From Octopus bimaculoides (lineage: Eukaryota): a stretch of DNA of 64,000 nt. The first letter of the stretch is position 1. The number at the start of each line of letters is the position of its first letter. Location of the stretch: contig NC_068981.1 of the NCBI RefSeq assembly GCF_001194135.2, positions 38,607,871 to 38,671,870 of the forward strand, given 5' to 3'. Under the pieces are notes generated by a model. It worked only from the letters and a program-made list of their open reading frames with translations. It made no database searches and was not told the origin of the DNA. Of this stretch, positions 13,211 through 26,900 are shown in pieces. The position numbers were made by a program, and so were the translations under genes.

Positions 13211-15027
13211 TAAATATTAATTTTTCATAAAGGTTTCTATTTGAATCATTATCATCATCAAGATTCTAATACCAATTTTTCCTTCCCTACACAGATCATA
13301 CAGAATTCAATGAGGCAGGATTTTCTATAGTTGGATGCCCTTCATGTTGCCAACCCACACTTGTTTCCAAACAAAATAATATTTCTCTGTTGCTGGATAT
13401 GGATACTTTTTTTTTTTTATGTGCACTTATCTAAGGTTTGAAAGCCGTATCTAAGGCTTTTACTATTTTATTTGATAAGTTTGAAACAGCTTCTAAGATT
13501 TCTCTGCCAGAATTCCTCAATTATTTTTTTTTTCAGGTTATAGACCAATCAGCTAAGTCTAAATTAGTGTGTTTCACAAATATTTCACATTTTTATATAT
13601 TTCTGGCACATTACATATAAACATTGTTTTCCATAGATGTGCCTTCTCTACCATTAAATAACACCTGTGAGGAAAAAGATACTATCATCATTACCACCAC
13701 CATTATCGTTTTATGCCTGTTTTCCCATGCTGGTATGGATTAGAGTTTTTCTTCTGAAGTAGTGTTAATTATCTGGATTTCCTTTCTGCTGCCAACCCTT
13801 TCATGTTCCTCTTACAATATACAGGAACACAGTGTCCCTTTTCTAGAACTGGAGTGCATACAGTATATGCTATATAGTTTTGAAATATTTATATAAGATG
13901 ATGGTATACCTATACTTTTGGAAGAAAAGTTGTGTTGCAGTTTCGTAATCCATGTTGGTATAGAAGTAAAGGCATAAAAAAATGAAGGTGGTGATTATAC
14001 ATATCAGCAGAAGGAGACTGCTTTATAAAATTATATGATCCATGATGTTAGCATAGAAAAATAATAAACTAAAACGTATTTTTATACAGTAATATATTTT
14101 TTTTTAAATGGAAAAGGAAAGAAAAGTAATTTTTAAAAAATCAAATTCAAAAACTTTTCTTAAACATTTTTTTAGACTTTGTTGATATCCAATATTTTCA
14201 GTACATTTCATGAAAAAGTTGAAATACATGTGAAACTGTTATTTTCCTTCAAGATAATCCATCTGATAAAGTTATTTTTATAGTATGCGGCAATACACAT
14301 AAATTGTTATAAAGTGTTTTGAAGTTCAGTTATATTTCCACCAAGTAACTTTTCAGACTTCTATCACAATTGTTTTTGTTAATTTCCTCATTATTGATTA
14401 TTATCCTTGTAGACATCCATTTTATAAAAATATTTCTGAATGTTTACAGAAGATGTGTATATATAAATATGGCAAGAAACCAAACCATATTATTGTGTAT
14501 CCAAAACATAAATAGAAATAACTACATTAAAATCAAAACAAAATAGATATATCAAGAAATCAATGTCTCGTATCTAACAGTTCTGCAATGATAGTGCATA
14601 CAATGTCAATATATTGATAATAATGCGGCATTATGTTGTGCTTGAATATCAACAGAACAGCATACATGCAATGCTGCAAGTCATTCTATCAATAGATTTC
14701 ACCAAAGAAATTAATATTTATATGCAGTAATCTAAAAAGAAGCTAAACAAAACCTGTTAAACAGCATCAATAAACTACCATAAAACAAAATAATTGTATC
14801 CTTTCATATTTTAGCATAATTCTGTCAATATCTAGTTCATTTCATAAATCAAATGTTATATATAGAATTGAAAAGCTTGCTCAAAACTTCCAGAAACTAC
14901 ACTTTTTCTAAATGAGAATGATATGAAAATGAATATCTTACATTCATCATCATCATGGTCATCATTGTATCATTTGATTCTCCAAGTTAACATGGCTTGG
15001 TCTTATATACAGTATATCATCACTCAC

Positions 15028-15084
15028 CTTGGTCCTTTGTGATCTCATTGTTAAGACTAGTATTGTGAGAAATGACCTCAAAAA
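15028..15084 (-). CDS. Candidate 57-nt exon (FLRSFLTILVLTMRSQRTK; another frame is open from the acceptor at 15102)
   Basis: Strong AAG|GTGAGT donor; acceptor and frame are ambiguous. Confidence 0.25.
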
Positions 15085-17599
15085 CTAAATTTGCAAAATT
15101 TTCTATAATATTATGCAACATGTTATATAACAAAGTTATAATTTTTTCTTTTATTTAACATGTCAAAATTATTCACTTTCATTTTGATAAACATTGTTTA
15201 TTTTTGAAAGTTAAAGGCAAAATATCTTTAAAACTCTTGCGATCATTGTGTACATGTTTTTATATTCTTTAATTCTCAAAGTTATCAAAATGCACATAGT
15301 ATTTCAAGTTATTAGAAGTATCAATAACATTATTTTAACTTGTTGAAAAACATTAGTTTACTAATACATTATGAAGTAATATAGTTAAAGTTGACTATTG
15401 AATGCAATATAAGTAACAAAAAGGTATTCTGTACTATATTTTCTGGGAAGTGTTTAAATAAAAATTCGTCTGCAAATATGTGTAAATACAGTTGCCTATC
15501 TCTTCCTGATTTTTATTAAACACATTGAACGTACAACAGATAAAATTGAGAGACATTTCAGGGAACAAAAAAAAAATCAAGTGTACAAATTGTCCATAGA
15601 TAAGTGAAACCGCCTAGAGCAACCGAAAGTTCGGTTGACTTCACAAAATATCTTTAATGGATGTTAGTTTTATTCAGTGACACATTCATTTTCTTTCTAT
15701 TGAATAGCACAATCTTGATACGATGTAATATAAGGAAACAGAAAAAGACACTTTCAATAAGCAGACAGAACAATAAAATTGCTAAGGAAATTGTTATTTG
15801 ACAAAGTGACTCATAGAGTGTGGTGTTATGTTAATAGGCATTCTAACACAACACATGGCTATGACTAATCAAAACAGGAACCATGTGATTTGAAGGAAAT
15901 TCACTGATAACAAAAATATTTTGATGCTAAATAACATGGAGTGTAGATGTATTGGTCAAGAAAAAGTATTCAGAGAAATACAATTTTATTTCAATATATT
16001 TTTACTTTGGGCCAAAATAATCATAATGTTTTATCTGCTGATTCATTTATATATCTGGTTCTAACACAATCTGTCAGTCTATCGTATAAACAAAAACCTA
16101 AATCTGAACGAAACCCAGTAATCAACTATCTTTGCAATGTAGATACTTAACTCAAAATATATTTCTCTACGACTTTGCTTTCAGCTGAATTTATCTTATT
16201 TTATCTATTTATTTATCTATTTATATATTTGCTTAATTCTCTATAGTCAAATCACTTATAATTTTAATTAAAAATTCTTTATTCATAAAGAAACATGGCT
16301 CAAATAAGTTTTATGTTTTGTCATTTTCATGTATAAATCTACATAGAAATGATTTTTAAAAAATCATGCAAAATAATTTATTAGATAACAACAATATTCA
16401 TACTCCAGAGTTGTCTTCGTGTATATAATGTATATTGATAAAGCTGCTGTTAGAATTTATAAGCATTATGATGTATGAAGATTTGGTTTAATTCATCTTA
16501 AGTAGTTTAATCTCAGCTGACAAATACATCTGAAAATCTTTCAAAACAATAAGCAAACCTGAATATATTATTACAGTTTATATTTTAATAATCATACTTT
16601 AGTGATTTGACTTCTGATTAAAATAAAAGGGATAATTTCTGTAACATTAGTAATATAAAATAATACTTCTAAACTACTTTTAAACTTAAGGTCACCTAGC
16701 CTGTGAAGTTATTTTACTGCAATGCTATCTTAATATGTTACTTGTTAATATCTTGTGTTTTTTAAAAATGCAACAATAGTTCAGTAGTCCTAAATAATAA
16801 AAAAAAACAATACTTATTTGAGAGTAACACATACTCATGTATAATGCACATCCCTAATTATAAGTTATGGAACCTTTCCTTTATAATACACACTGAAGTT
16901 TCTTTAGTATCATCTCAAATAATTGTATGTCACCACAGTGGCATCCATGTCATAATGTATGTAAAAAGGAGTGTTTAGATAAATTTATTATGATTACTGA
17001 ATACAGTCATATTTGCATCATTATCAACTAAACCTGTCACAGTGAAAAAAATTAATGCATCATAAAAATACAAAAAGCATATTCAAAAGTGAACTTTAAA
17101 CTTAACTGTCACAAGCCATAAAAGTAAAGCTGCTTTAAAGTCAATATTGTAGAAACAGCGCAATCATGCTTTTTTTCTAGAAAAATCAATTTAATTTTGA
17201 TAATGAAAACATTTAAATAAGTTTATTTTTAATTTTATTTTTCAGCTTGTACAGTGATGTACACATGGTTGTGTTGGCTTAGAAGAGCAAACTAGTTATT
17301 GTTCACTACTAAAAGTAGAGATGCTCTTATATATATGCATGTATGTGTGTGTGTGTGTGTGTGTGTATAAACATGTATTTATTAGTTTATAACATAATAC
17401 AGTTATCACCCTTTCCATACTGTTATATATTAGTAAACATGCTATGCATATGCAGAGAAATTGAAGACAGTCTTGTATGCAAAAGTGAAAGGAAACTACA
17501 TAGCTAGTCAATGTTTATGTGTTCTGAATCTCACTCTAGCACAAAAGCAAAATACAAACTTCATTCTATACTGCAGCTGCCTTATTTTTGAACTTGGAA

Positions 17600-17960
17600 G
17601 ATCAAACGATTGAATGGATGAAAAAATGTCTCTAGATCTTGGAAATCACCAAATTTGGAGAATGCCTGGCCATTTTTAAGACAAATGTTGGCTAGAGTCA
17701 GTGGTTTGTGGAGAGACATGAAGCGTCAGTTCATTGCCAAACTCACATAGTGCAAAAACTCTCTGAAGATATCAAAAACAGGTTAGAGAAGTTTCAGTAT
17801 TTCATTACTAAATGAGAGGAACCCATGGAGTATAATCTGCAAGAAACTGGAATAGCAGATCAGAAACTCCATCATCTTTAACATTCACATTATTATTGTC
17901 ATTTAAACTCTCTGGGCAACAGATATTACTTACTTCACCATACCATCAGAATATGGCCAT
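17600..17960 (+). mobile_element. Highly decayed mariner transposase remnant
   Basis: Fragments across frames (DLGNHQIWRMPGHF, RVSGLWRDMKRQF, TG*RS, ILLTSPYHQNMA) recall mariner motifs DLG..K.CARWVP, TGDE and LPHPPYSPDLA in the right order. Confidence 0.4.
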
Positions 17961-20900
17961 GCATTTTGCTTGGAAAAGAAAGCTAGCATTTAGTTTCCAT
18001 AAATAATGTGAACAGCTAACTTTTAGGTTTAAAAATTTGGAAAATGAGCACTTTGTACTAAACATAGTATAAAGATAAAAGAACGTTTTTTCCTTTTTCA
18101 TATCCATTTGTAATTATCAAAAACGTTTTCCAAACATTAAATAAAGTAATATCTGAATAAAAATAAAGAGTAATTAAATGATTAGCCATCAGTTTGTTAG
18201 TTACTTAATTTCTAAGTTGTATTATTGGAAAACATTACATTCTAAACAAAACATTGAATCCATGAAAAGAAGAAATAAAACTGATATTTCTAAGTATGGC
18301 TATATGTTCAATAAAACTAGAATTAATTTCATGAAAACAGTGAATGTTTAAAGGAAGCAACTTGACATCAAAAGCTTTCATTGATGCATTCATCAGAATT
18401 TTTTCCTCTGCATATGAACATGTGCAAAATGTTAATACACATTGGTAAAAAACCATATAAGAAACAGCTGGAAGTCAGAGTTCTTGAACGAATCTCATTT
18501 AATCCAGTGACCAGGGAGAAGGATTTACAAGATTAGGCCTTGATAGTATATGCTTCCTTGGTGCTACTCAAGAGGCATCAAGATGTTATCATTAAGTAGA
18601 AGGCCTGCTTGAAAATCATGCAAAAGACTGGATTCCACTATTCGCACATGAGAGCAAGTAATAGTTTTAAATCAGGTATTTAAGTAGACCTACCTTCTCC
18701 AAACCAAGCCTGACTACACTGTATTACACAGATAAATATTTACACTTAGAAATATTTTATTGCAAATCTATCCAAGTTAAGCAAGCATGAAACTAAATTT
18801 TAAGTGTTCAAAACAATGGCAGATATATTAAAATATTTTCACAAGAAGGAAAATTTGAACTTGCATATTTCTTTGCATAAATAAAAGATGCAAACCATAA
18901 CACAAGTCTGTCTAAATGTGTTCCATTAAATTTACTTGCTTTGAGGTTGGGTAATTTTCTTTCAAATAACATCAATTTTATTGAATATTAGACCTGAAAA
19001 CTACTTCAAAATGTAAATAAAAACAAGAATATACACTTTGATCCTTCAGTAAATTACAAGAGTTCCACATATCCTGGTAAGTTGATATTACTAAAAGAAA
19101 TTATATTGTAGAATATTGATTTTAATAAGCCAGTATGCTCTGAATGTTTTTAGTGTGCCAGTAAAGATTTGTTCAGTTGTCATTCAGCTGATTGCTAGCA
19201 ATTTCAAGAAACAAAATAACTTTTTCTTCAAGATTTCTATGAAAACGTTTTTGTACCCATTTAAATTATTTGAAAATTTGTATGAAAAATATTGAATTCA
19301 ACTTTTGCTTCCTTCCAAACTATGAAAAGAAAATTGGCATATAATTACAGTAAAAGTTTCTTACCACAACTGAATTCAAATTCTTTTGAAGTTTACAGGA
19401 AATAGATTGAGTAACATTTTTCAAACAAATAAAAAAAAGTACAACTATATCAATTTGTGTATCCTTAAGTTGCTAGATAGACATTCCTATATTAAAAACT
19501 TTCTAAATTCCAAAATATTTACAATTCAACACTGTATTTCAAAATGTGCTTTTATTTTCTGATATTTTAGAATATTTGACTTAAGGCCAAATTCTCTCAT
19601 TGATGAAGTACAAGATACATTAAAATAAGAACAGTTGAAATTCATAACAATGCTAAAATAATGAAATAAAACATCATATTAAAAGTTAGCAAAAGAAAAG
19701 CTCTAAAATGGGTCGAGTGCTGAGCTTGTGAATATCTGTTCACATGTTGCAGATGATGTTATTCTATATCTTGTAGCTAGCAGGTTTCATTATATTTTTT
19801 AAATGCATTTCTTATATGAGTAAGATGAGGAGAGGTAATCCTCATAATCGCTGTTGTTCTCTGAGATGCTTGATTTTTGTTACCTTTACCTCATAACAAG
19901 GTGTTGGTTTGTTTACGTTCTTGTAACTTGACACATAGGCAAAAAGAGCTGGTAGCTTAAGTACTGAGGTCAATTTATTTGGATAAACCCAGCCTGAACA
20001 TTCACTGGTCACTGTAAGTAAGGAAAGAATGGGGAAGTTGAGAACTCTTGGTTTATGGTTTGAATTCTTGCAACAGGTTTAAGTTTGTTGATGGTAGCCA
20101 AGATCCAGGCTTACCATCCATGTTCTTGTAAGAGTGCATTTAATACTCAAGTAAATGTTTGCATAATATAACAAAACATTGGTATTTATCATCAATTTAT
20201 CATCTTTGATATACTGAAAATATCAATATTTAATGGGAGCTTGTCTTTCTTAGGACTGTGTCACCCTCTTCTGTATCTCCATTGATTAAGATAAATTCCT
20301 GTAGAACTATAAAGAGAGAAGATTTTACTAAAGATGCAAGCCATTTTTAAAGTGTGTTGTTTGCAGGTAATGTAAAAGGAAACTATTCAGACCGGTTATT
20401 CTGTTCAATTAAAGCTTTAGTCTCAGTATGTACTTCAATAATTGTTATTCATGCATTGTTTTCTTTCATTGTTTCTCCAGTTGAAAGTTGATGCTATTTA
20501 GCAATATTTGTATTCATGATCATATGATGATGATTCGTTACAAAGTATCATAGAAAACTTTACAGGTAAAAAAAAAGATCCTAGATACAATTTGTAGAAT
20601 AAAATGTTTGGGCTCAATTCTTTTGCTCACTTTTGTTGTTTACTTTCCTTACACTCTCTTATACTTTGTCCTCATTCATTACAATTATTACAATTAATTT
20701 TCACGATGATGATAATGATTTACTATTTATTAATTTAAATTTTGATGTAAGTAGATAGTTTGACACAACTACATGTAAATGGGGGTGCCTTTAGCAGGCC
20801 TCATTATGTGAGATGTACTGGGCCTAGCACTCTCTCTGCACATTAATTTTTCCTACAGACATTGAATTGTTGGCATTCTGGCAGGGCATTGACCACCTTA

Positions 20901-22983
20901 ACTTCATCAGTTTGTGGACCCTACAAAGATAAATCTATGGCCAATAGGTTGGTGCAGATTAACAAATATTTTTAATTCTTTTACTGATGTAAAACTTTAC
21001 AGTTCAAATCAATCAAGAACGTTATCATATTTTATAAAACAGTTCTTCATTAGAAAGGCAATAATATCCATATCTTTTGCATACCATCTCAGATTGCTGA
21101 AATGTCAAATGTCTTTTTATTTTCTCTGTTATTTGTGTTATGTAACTGCTGGGAACTTCAACTGAGTAGCCCCAAACATACAAAAGAACATTCAAACTAG
21201 TGAGCTACCATTTCCACCTGACTGTTGCCCTAAAATTCTAAACTGTTATGTGTTGCTGTTCAAGCAATTGCATACAGTTTTTCTTATGTGCTTTCAATCT
21301 GCATATGACTGAACGTGTAACCTTCATATAGTATCATTTTCTTATAAAAGTTTGATATCCATCCTACTGAACCCTTTTCACTCTTTATTTTCATTTCTTG
21401 TTTTTGTATTCTTTGATATAATTCAGTTATATTTTCCATTAGTTTCTCTTTGAATGTTGCATTTGTTTTACTAAGAGTAATGAAAACAACAAAAAAAAAA
21501 CTTGATAGCTGTTAACCAAACGTTATGGAATTGAATTAAGAATTAGAATCTAGTTTCACATAGTTTTAATTTTGCAGTTTACTAACATAGTCTGTATTGT
21601 ATTTATTAGATAGTGCCATATGAGCATTGACCTTTGGGAAGGCTATATGTTTTGATCATTGCTTTTATGAATGATTAAAAGTAACGGAAATTTATTGAGA
21701 AATTCTTTAAAATATTTAGAACTTTATTAAGAATTCTTATCCCTAGTCCTTTAAGCAGGTAGGGCAGCTGTAGTACATTTGCTTTACACAAATATTTATT
21801 GCATATCTGAAAATAGATTTGACTGATTCAGCCAAATCATTTAATGAGTGGGAAGTATGTGATGTGTATGTGAATAAGAGTGCTTACAGTTTTTAAATAC
21901 TGCTTTTCAGCTGATAAAATCAAAGTAAAATCTAATGCAAGTGATTTTTTGTTAACACCTCATTGTGAATTACCATAGTAATGTAAGCTCTCTGCATATC
22001 TGTTCTTTTGTTAACATTTTTATACATCTGCACAATCAGTGAGTAATCATTTTGAATCTGTGATATGTGTGTATACGAATCAATTGTTTTCATTTGGTCC
22101 TGCATTTTGATGTTATAACTGGTTTCATTGAAGACTCGTTTACTTGATATCTTAATTGCCTTAATGAATTAAGCAAAGATCGTTACATTGTGTCAGTAAC
22201 AACAAGGAAAGGATTTTCCAATTGAATCTGCTACAACAACGAAAAACTTAATTAAAACAATAAAACCCATTTGTAAATACACATCTCAAAGATTAGTCAC
22301 TTACTTTAGAGAAATATAAAGTTTTAGTGTAAGATATAAATTGTCACAAAGTCTATTATTTACTGGTAATTACACTGTGACATGTACAAAGGAGCTGTAC
22401 ATTTACACTACATGTTTCTTATTCAATCAACACTGGTTTTAGATATCTGCACAAAAGTATTCTATTAAAAATATTAACCACAATACTAATTCATCCAACA
22501 CTAAATATAAAATCTAATTTCAATTATACATGTTTTTTTTATTATTCTCTATTTATGAGCTTAAAGTTCTTTGATTTATGCTGGTTTTGGTAATTTCAAT
22601 TTTTTATAAGTTTTCACATTGTAAGTATTTATTTAGTTCCCTAGGACAAATATAATTTTGATTGCCAGCCGAGTTATATTGTCATAAGTTTTTGAATCAA
22701 GACTAACCTGATATTGATTGCTACTAACAACTGCTTATTCAAAAATCACTTTCATTAAGAAAAGAATTAACACTTCAGTACCACATTTATTTTATATTCA
22801 ATAAAAAATATGCACAAAACTGATTAGGTTTAATTGTAGTCTGGAGTATTAAATAAAACTTGCTTTGACTGAGAACCAAGACATGCTAATGTTCTTCTTT
22901 AACTGTCACAAAGCCTCTGATCTAAAGCGCATGGCTCATTACCATGCAGTATTGCATTTCAGATATAAATATCATTCAATATT

Positions 22984-23307
22984 TCATGGACTACTATGTG
23001 AGGGCTGTGGCTGGGGAAGACACTAACTACTCTGCCTACAAGATCAAGGCCAAATTGGTGGCCAAGACCAAGGAGGTGATTGAAGATTTTCCCAGCAACA
23101 CAGTGAAGAATGCATGCATTAAGTTCTGGAGCTTTCCTGAGGCTGTGGTGGAACCTGAAGGCAACTACTTTGTTAAAACTGTTATCGCCCAGCCTCAATC
23201 TTGTAGATATCTTTTGATTTTATAAAATACATTTATTTAGGAATGAAATATTGTTTTTTGCCTTTTCCTTTTGTGCAAACTGTTAAATTTAGCCCAAATA
23301 CCCAGTG
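22984..23307 (+). mobile_element. 3' end of a Tc1/mariner-superfamily (maT/DD37D-like) transposon
   Basis: MDYYVRAVAGEDTN...AKLVAKTKEVIEDFPSNTVKNACIKFWSFPEAVVEPEGNYF matches the transposase C-terminus pattern DYYVWG...NAC..F..RLEAV.EA.G.YFE. The end AATTTAGCCCAAATACCCAGTG resembles a CAGGGTG-type TIR. Confidence 0.8.
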
Positions 23308-24299
23308 CATCTAGTGAGCCTTCAGGTATTTGAAGGAATTTATTTCATATGTAGACTTTTATTTTAATCACTCTTAGCACATACAAAGTTCACTATTTCT
23401 GCTAGCTTGCTTGTGATTCTACTATAGCTCAAATGCATTCATAGTTTACATTACATACACTATTTTAAATTGCTACCAAATACTTTTTTATACATTTGGC
23501 ATTATTATTTCTCTGAGGATAGCATGGTCTTGTCTTTTCTCGTATTAAAACTTTAGTCTTTACTCACTGATGGAAAAAATTCACTAGTAATTTAATAATC
23601 CTAACAGGAACATTTATTTAAAGAAAATATTTTGTGAGAATATGTACAAAATACTTAACTTACAGATTCATCACATCTAAATCATTATGGACAATGCAGG
23701 GACAAACCTGTAAGGGGAATATATCTGGCATTATCTAAATTCTCTTTAACTTGATTACTTAGCAATAATGAGCTACAATGTATTCTTACAGAGAAATATT
23801 GATCTTCAAATTTTCAAGTTAACAACTGCTGAATCAATCATTTTTCTAAAAGCAGAAATTTAAAAGTGCTTATCAAGAAATATGATACAGTCTTTGATGC
23901 TACATAGCTTAATTTGAAAGAATTCAGTTTCAGTGTGATTGCATATAGATTCAATGAGAAAATGTTTGCATACATGCATACATACACAACACACATATAT
24001 ATGTGTGTCTGTATGTGTGTACATGTTTGTATGCATGTATTTGTGTGTGTAAGTGTGTGTATGTATGTATACATGTATGTGTGTGTGCGTGTATGTGTAT
24101 GTATGTATACTTACATATACACAATAGATGTAACTCATCTGTTTTTGTAAAGAAGACTATTTTTAAAAGTAAATTTTTCTCTCACAATAAAGATCTCAGT
24201 GTGCAAAAGAACGTTGGGAAACATGAAGAACAGGAGAGAAACTGTCTGGGTACAGAAATAGTTTCGAAATATATCTACAAGTAAACTGGATCTTGTAGT

Positions 24300-24577
24300 T
24301 TTACTAATACTTGTTAGATGACGTATGAGAGTTTGACAATTTCTTACCGAACAGCCATACAGATGATTTGTTTATAGTGATCAAACGTTTGTGTAGACAT
24401 AAGCTCACTCCCTCCATCATACCAACATTACCTGTACAGGTGCCACATGTCAAAATGATTGCAGAGCAACATGGAATTAAGTGCTTTGCTCAAGAACACA
24501 ATGCAATGCCTGGTCTGGGAATCGAGCCCTTGATCTTGCAATTATGAGTGCAACACCTTAACCACTAAGCCATGCAA
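24300..24577 (-). mobile_element. tRNA-derived CORE-type SINE
   Basis: Minus strand GCATGGCTTAGTGGTTAAGG (A box), CTCGATTCCC (B box), TTGTGTTCTTGAGCAAAGCACTT (CORE). Confidence 0.85.
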
Positions 24578-24602
24578 CTCCACACTAATATATATATATA
24601 TA

Positions 24603-24791
24603 NNNNNNNNNNNNNNNNNNNNNNNNNNNNNNNNNNNNNNNNNNNNNNNNNNNNNNNNNNNNNNNNNNNNNNNNNNNNNNNNNNNNNNNNNNNNNNNNNN
24701 NNNNNNNNNNNNNNNNNNNNNNNNNNNNNNNNNNNNNNNNNNNNNNNNNNNNNNNNNNNNNNNNNNNNNNNNNNNNNNNNNNNNNNNNNNN
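24603..24791. other. Assembly gap (N run) flanked by (TA)n
   Basis: Ns in the sequence. Confidence 1.
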
Positions 24792-24829
24792 ATATATATG
24801 TATATATATATAAAATCAAAATAAGCAAC

Positions 24830-26900
24830 AAGGATTTTAAAGATGGTTGCAGTACGCACGTTTCATGCTACTCCATTTATTTAAGTAATGTGAGCATTAC
24901 ATTAAATGCAATATGTAGAGCAATCTTCAACTGCACGAAAAGGCAGAAAATTACAGTAGAATAGACATATTATAATTGTGGCAACATTTCAAATCCAAGT
25001 GGGAGGAAGAATACATAAAAATTCATCTTGACATAGCCAAGTGCGATCTGTGTATTGAGGGAAATAGAAGTGGTGATTCAAGAGACTAGTGGAAAGGGGT
25101 GGGATGGGTTGTATTGTGAAGGGTGGCATAGCTGCTAGGTTTGACAAGAGATGTTATTAATTAGAGATGACAGAGGCAATAAAACTGAGAAAGGGAAGTC
25201 AGTACGATGAGAGAATGAGAGAATGGAGGAGTAGACATTAAAATGGAGGAAGGGATCTAGTTATAGATGCTGGCAGGGAGACAAAGGAGGAATTCAAAAA
25301 ATAACGATTGAGTTGGTAGCAGGCGGAGAATACTGAAGTAGAAAGGTATGAGAGTAAATAGAAAGAGAGAAAGAGAAAGGGAGGGATAATTTGATAGCAA
25401 TGGCAAGGGGTAGGCAGTGCTTAGTGATTCTGGTTGAGGAACAACCTAGGAGGAGGTGAGGAGGAATTTGAAGTATGAGTTTAGGGGTGTCAGTAAAGGA
25501 AAATATAGACATATATATATATATATANNNNNNNNNNNNNNNNNNNNNNNNNNNNNNNNNNNNNNNNNNNNNNNNNNNNNNNNNNNNNNNNNNNNNNNNN
25601 NNNNNNNNNNNNNNNNNNNNNNNNNNNNNNNNNNNNNNNNNNNNNNNNNNNNNNNNNNNNNNNNNNNNNNNNNNNNNNNNNNNNNNNNNNNNNNNNNNNN
25701 NNNNNNNNNNNNNNNNNNNNNNNNNNNNNNNNNNNNNNNNNNNNNNNNNNNNNNNNNNNNNNNNNNNNNNNNNNNNNNNNNNNNNNNNNNNNNNNNNNNN
25801 NNNNNNNNNNNNNNNNNNNNNNNNNNNNNNNNNNNNNNNNNNNNNNNNNNNNNNNNNNNNNNNNNNNNNNNNNNNNNNNNNNNNNNNNNNNNNNNNNNNN
25901 TATATATATAGAGATAGATATATAGATAGATAGATAGATATGTATAAGTAGAAGGGATATGTTGCTAGTATGGCTAAGATGTAACTTAGGCGTGCCTCAT
26001 AATTAGGGAATAACATAGACTTTACATAATGGGCAAAAGATGAGTAAAATTTTTGTTTACATGAAAGGAATACATCTGAGAGTATATTAAGAAATGAGTT
26101 GTGGTATGTATGCATGTATTGACTGTGCTTCAACTGTGGTATTGAGTGAACAAAGGTGAAGTGGGAAGATTTGAAATTTGGAAAACCCATTTCGTGAACG
26201 TACGGCTATGTGCCTACTCAGTGGGATCCATCTAGTACTAGTATCTCGTATTTGTTGACAATGAATAGTGTTCTTAATTAAAATTCCAGTAACTTCAAGG
26301 CAAAACTTCTCACTACAGTTTATCTGCATTTAGCATGTCTTACAGACACCCACTCCTACTTTCTTTATTACTTTAGTTTCCCTCTATCGTTGTGTTCTGT
26401 TATATGTAAGACTGTAATTAGAATATGTAATTACAATGAGTGATTTACTTTAGACTTTTCAGAAATCTTCATTGGCTTGTTATAAATTAGATTATCCCAA
26501 TACTTTTCCTATTTTCAATGTACCAAAGAAATATATTGTTTTTTTGGTAGATTCCCAGAGTTGGCATGAATATCATACCCTTTGCCAGCCTCCTCTGAAA
26601 CTGATGCATGTATTGGATATCTGTGGGTCAATGTTTATAGAAAAAGCATTGATGGGGAGAGAATATTAGGGAAGAAGGAATAAACAAAATCTGCAGTGTC
26701 ATCTGAGAATTAGGACATAATGTGAGTGAATATTAGTTGGACTTGTATGTAGGATATATGTGGCTAGCTATTTCAGATGAGCAGAGGACATTGTAGTATT
26801 AGTGAAAGAAAGAAGGTGTAACTGGAGTGTTTATGAACTAGCGATGGTACCAGGATGGTCACTGAATCATTATCATTCATCATTCAATGTCATATTTATC
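24830..26900 (-). mobile_element. Probable decayed Penelope-like element, interrupted by a gap
   Basis: Minus strand near 24850-24920 reads YCI*CNAHIT*INGVA, like the GIY-YIG YCI.C..C...YIG motif. Near 26720-26780 it resembles the RT YKPTDSHSYL region. Very degenerate. Confidence 0.4.
25528..25900. other. Assembly gap (N run) flanked by (TA)n
   Basis: Ns in the sequence. Confidence 1.

Noticed and set aside
22963-23160. Convincing-looking host exon (ttgcatttcag acceptor, long GC3-rich ORF, possible GC donor)
   Set aside because: The peptide matches the C-terminus of Tc1/mariner-superfamily transposases and is followed by a TIR-like end, so it is a transposon remnant.
24542-26190. Long ORFs in the track (up to 298 aa)
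   Set aside because: They are open only because they run through N gaps and (TA)n tracts.
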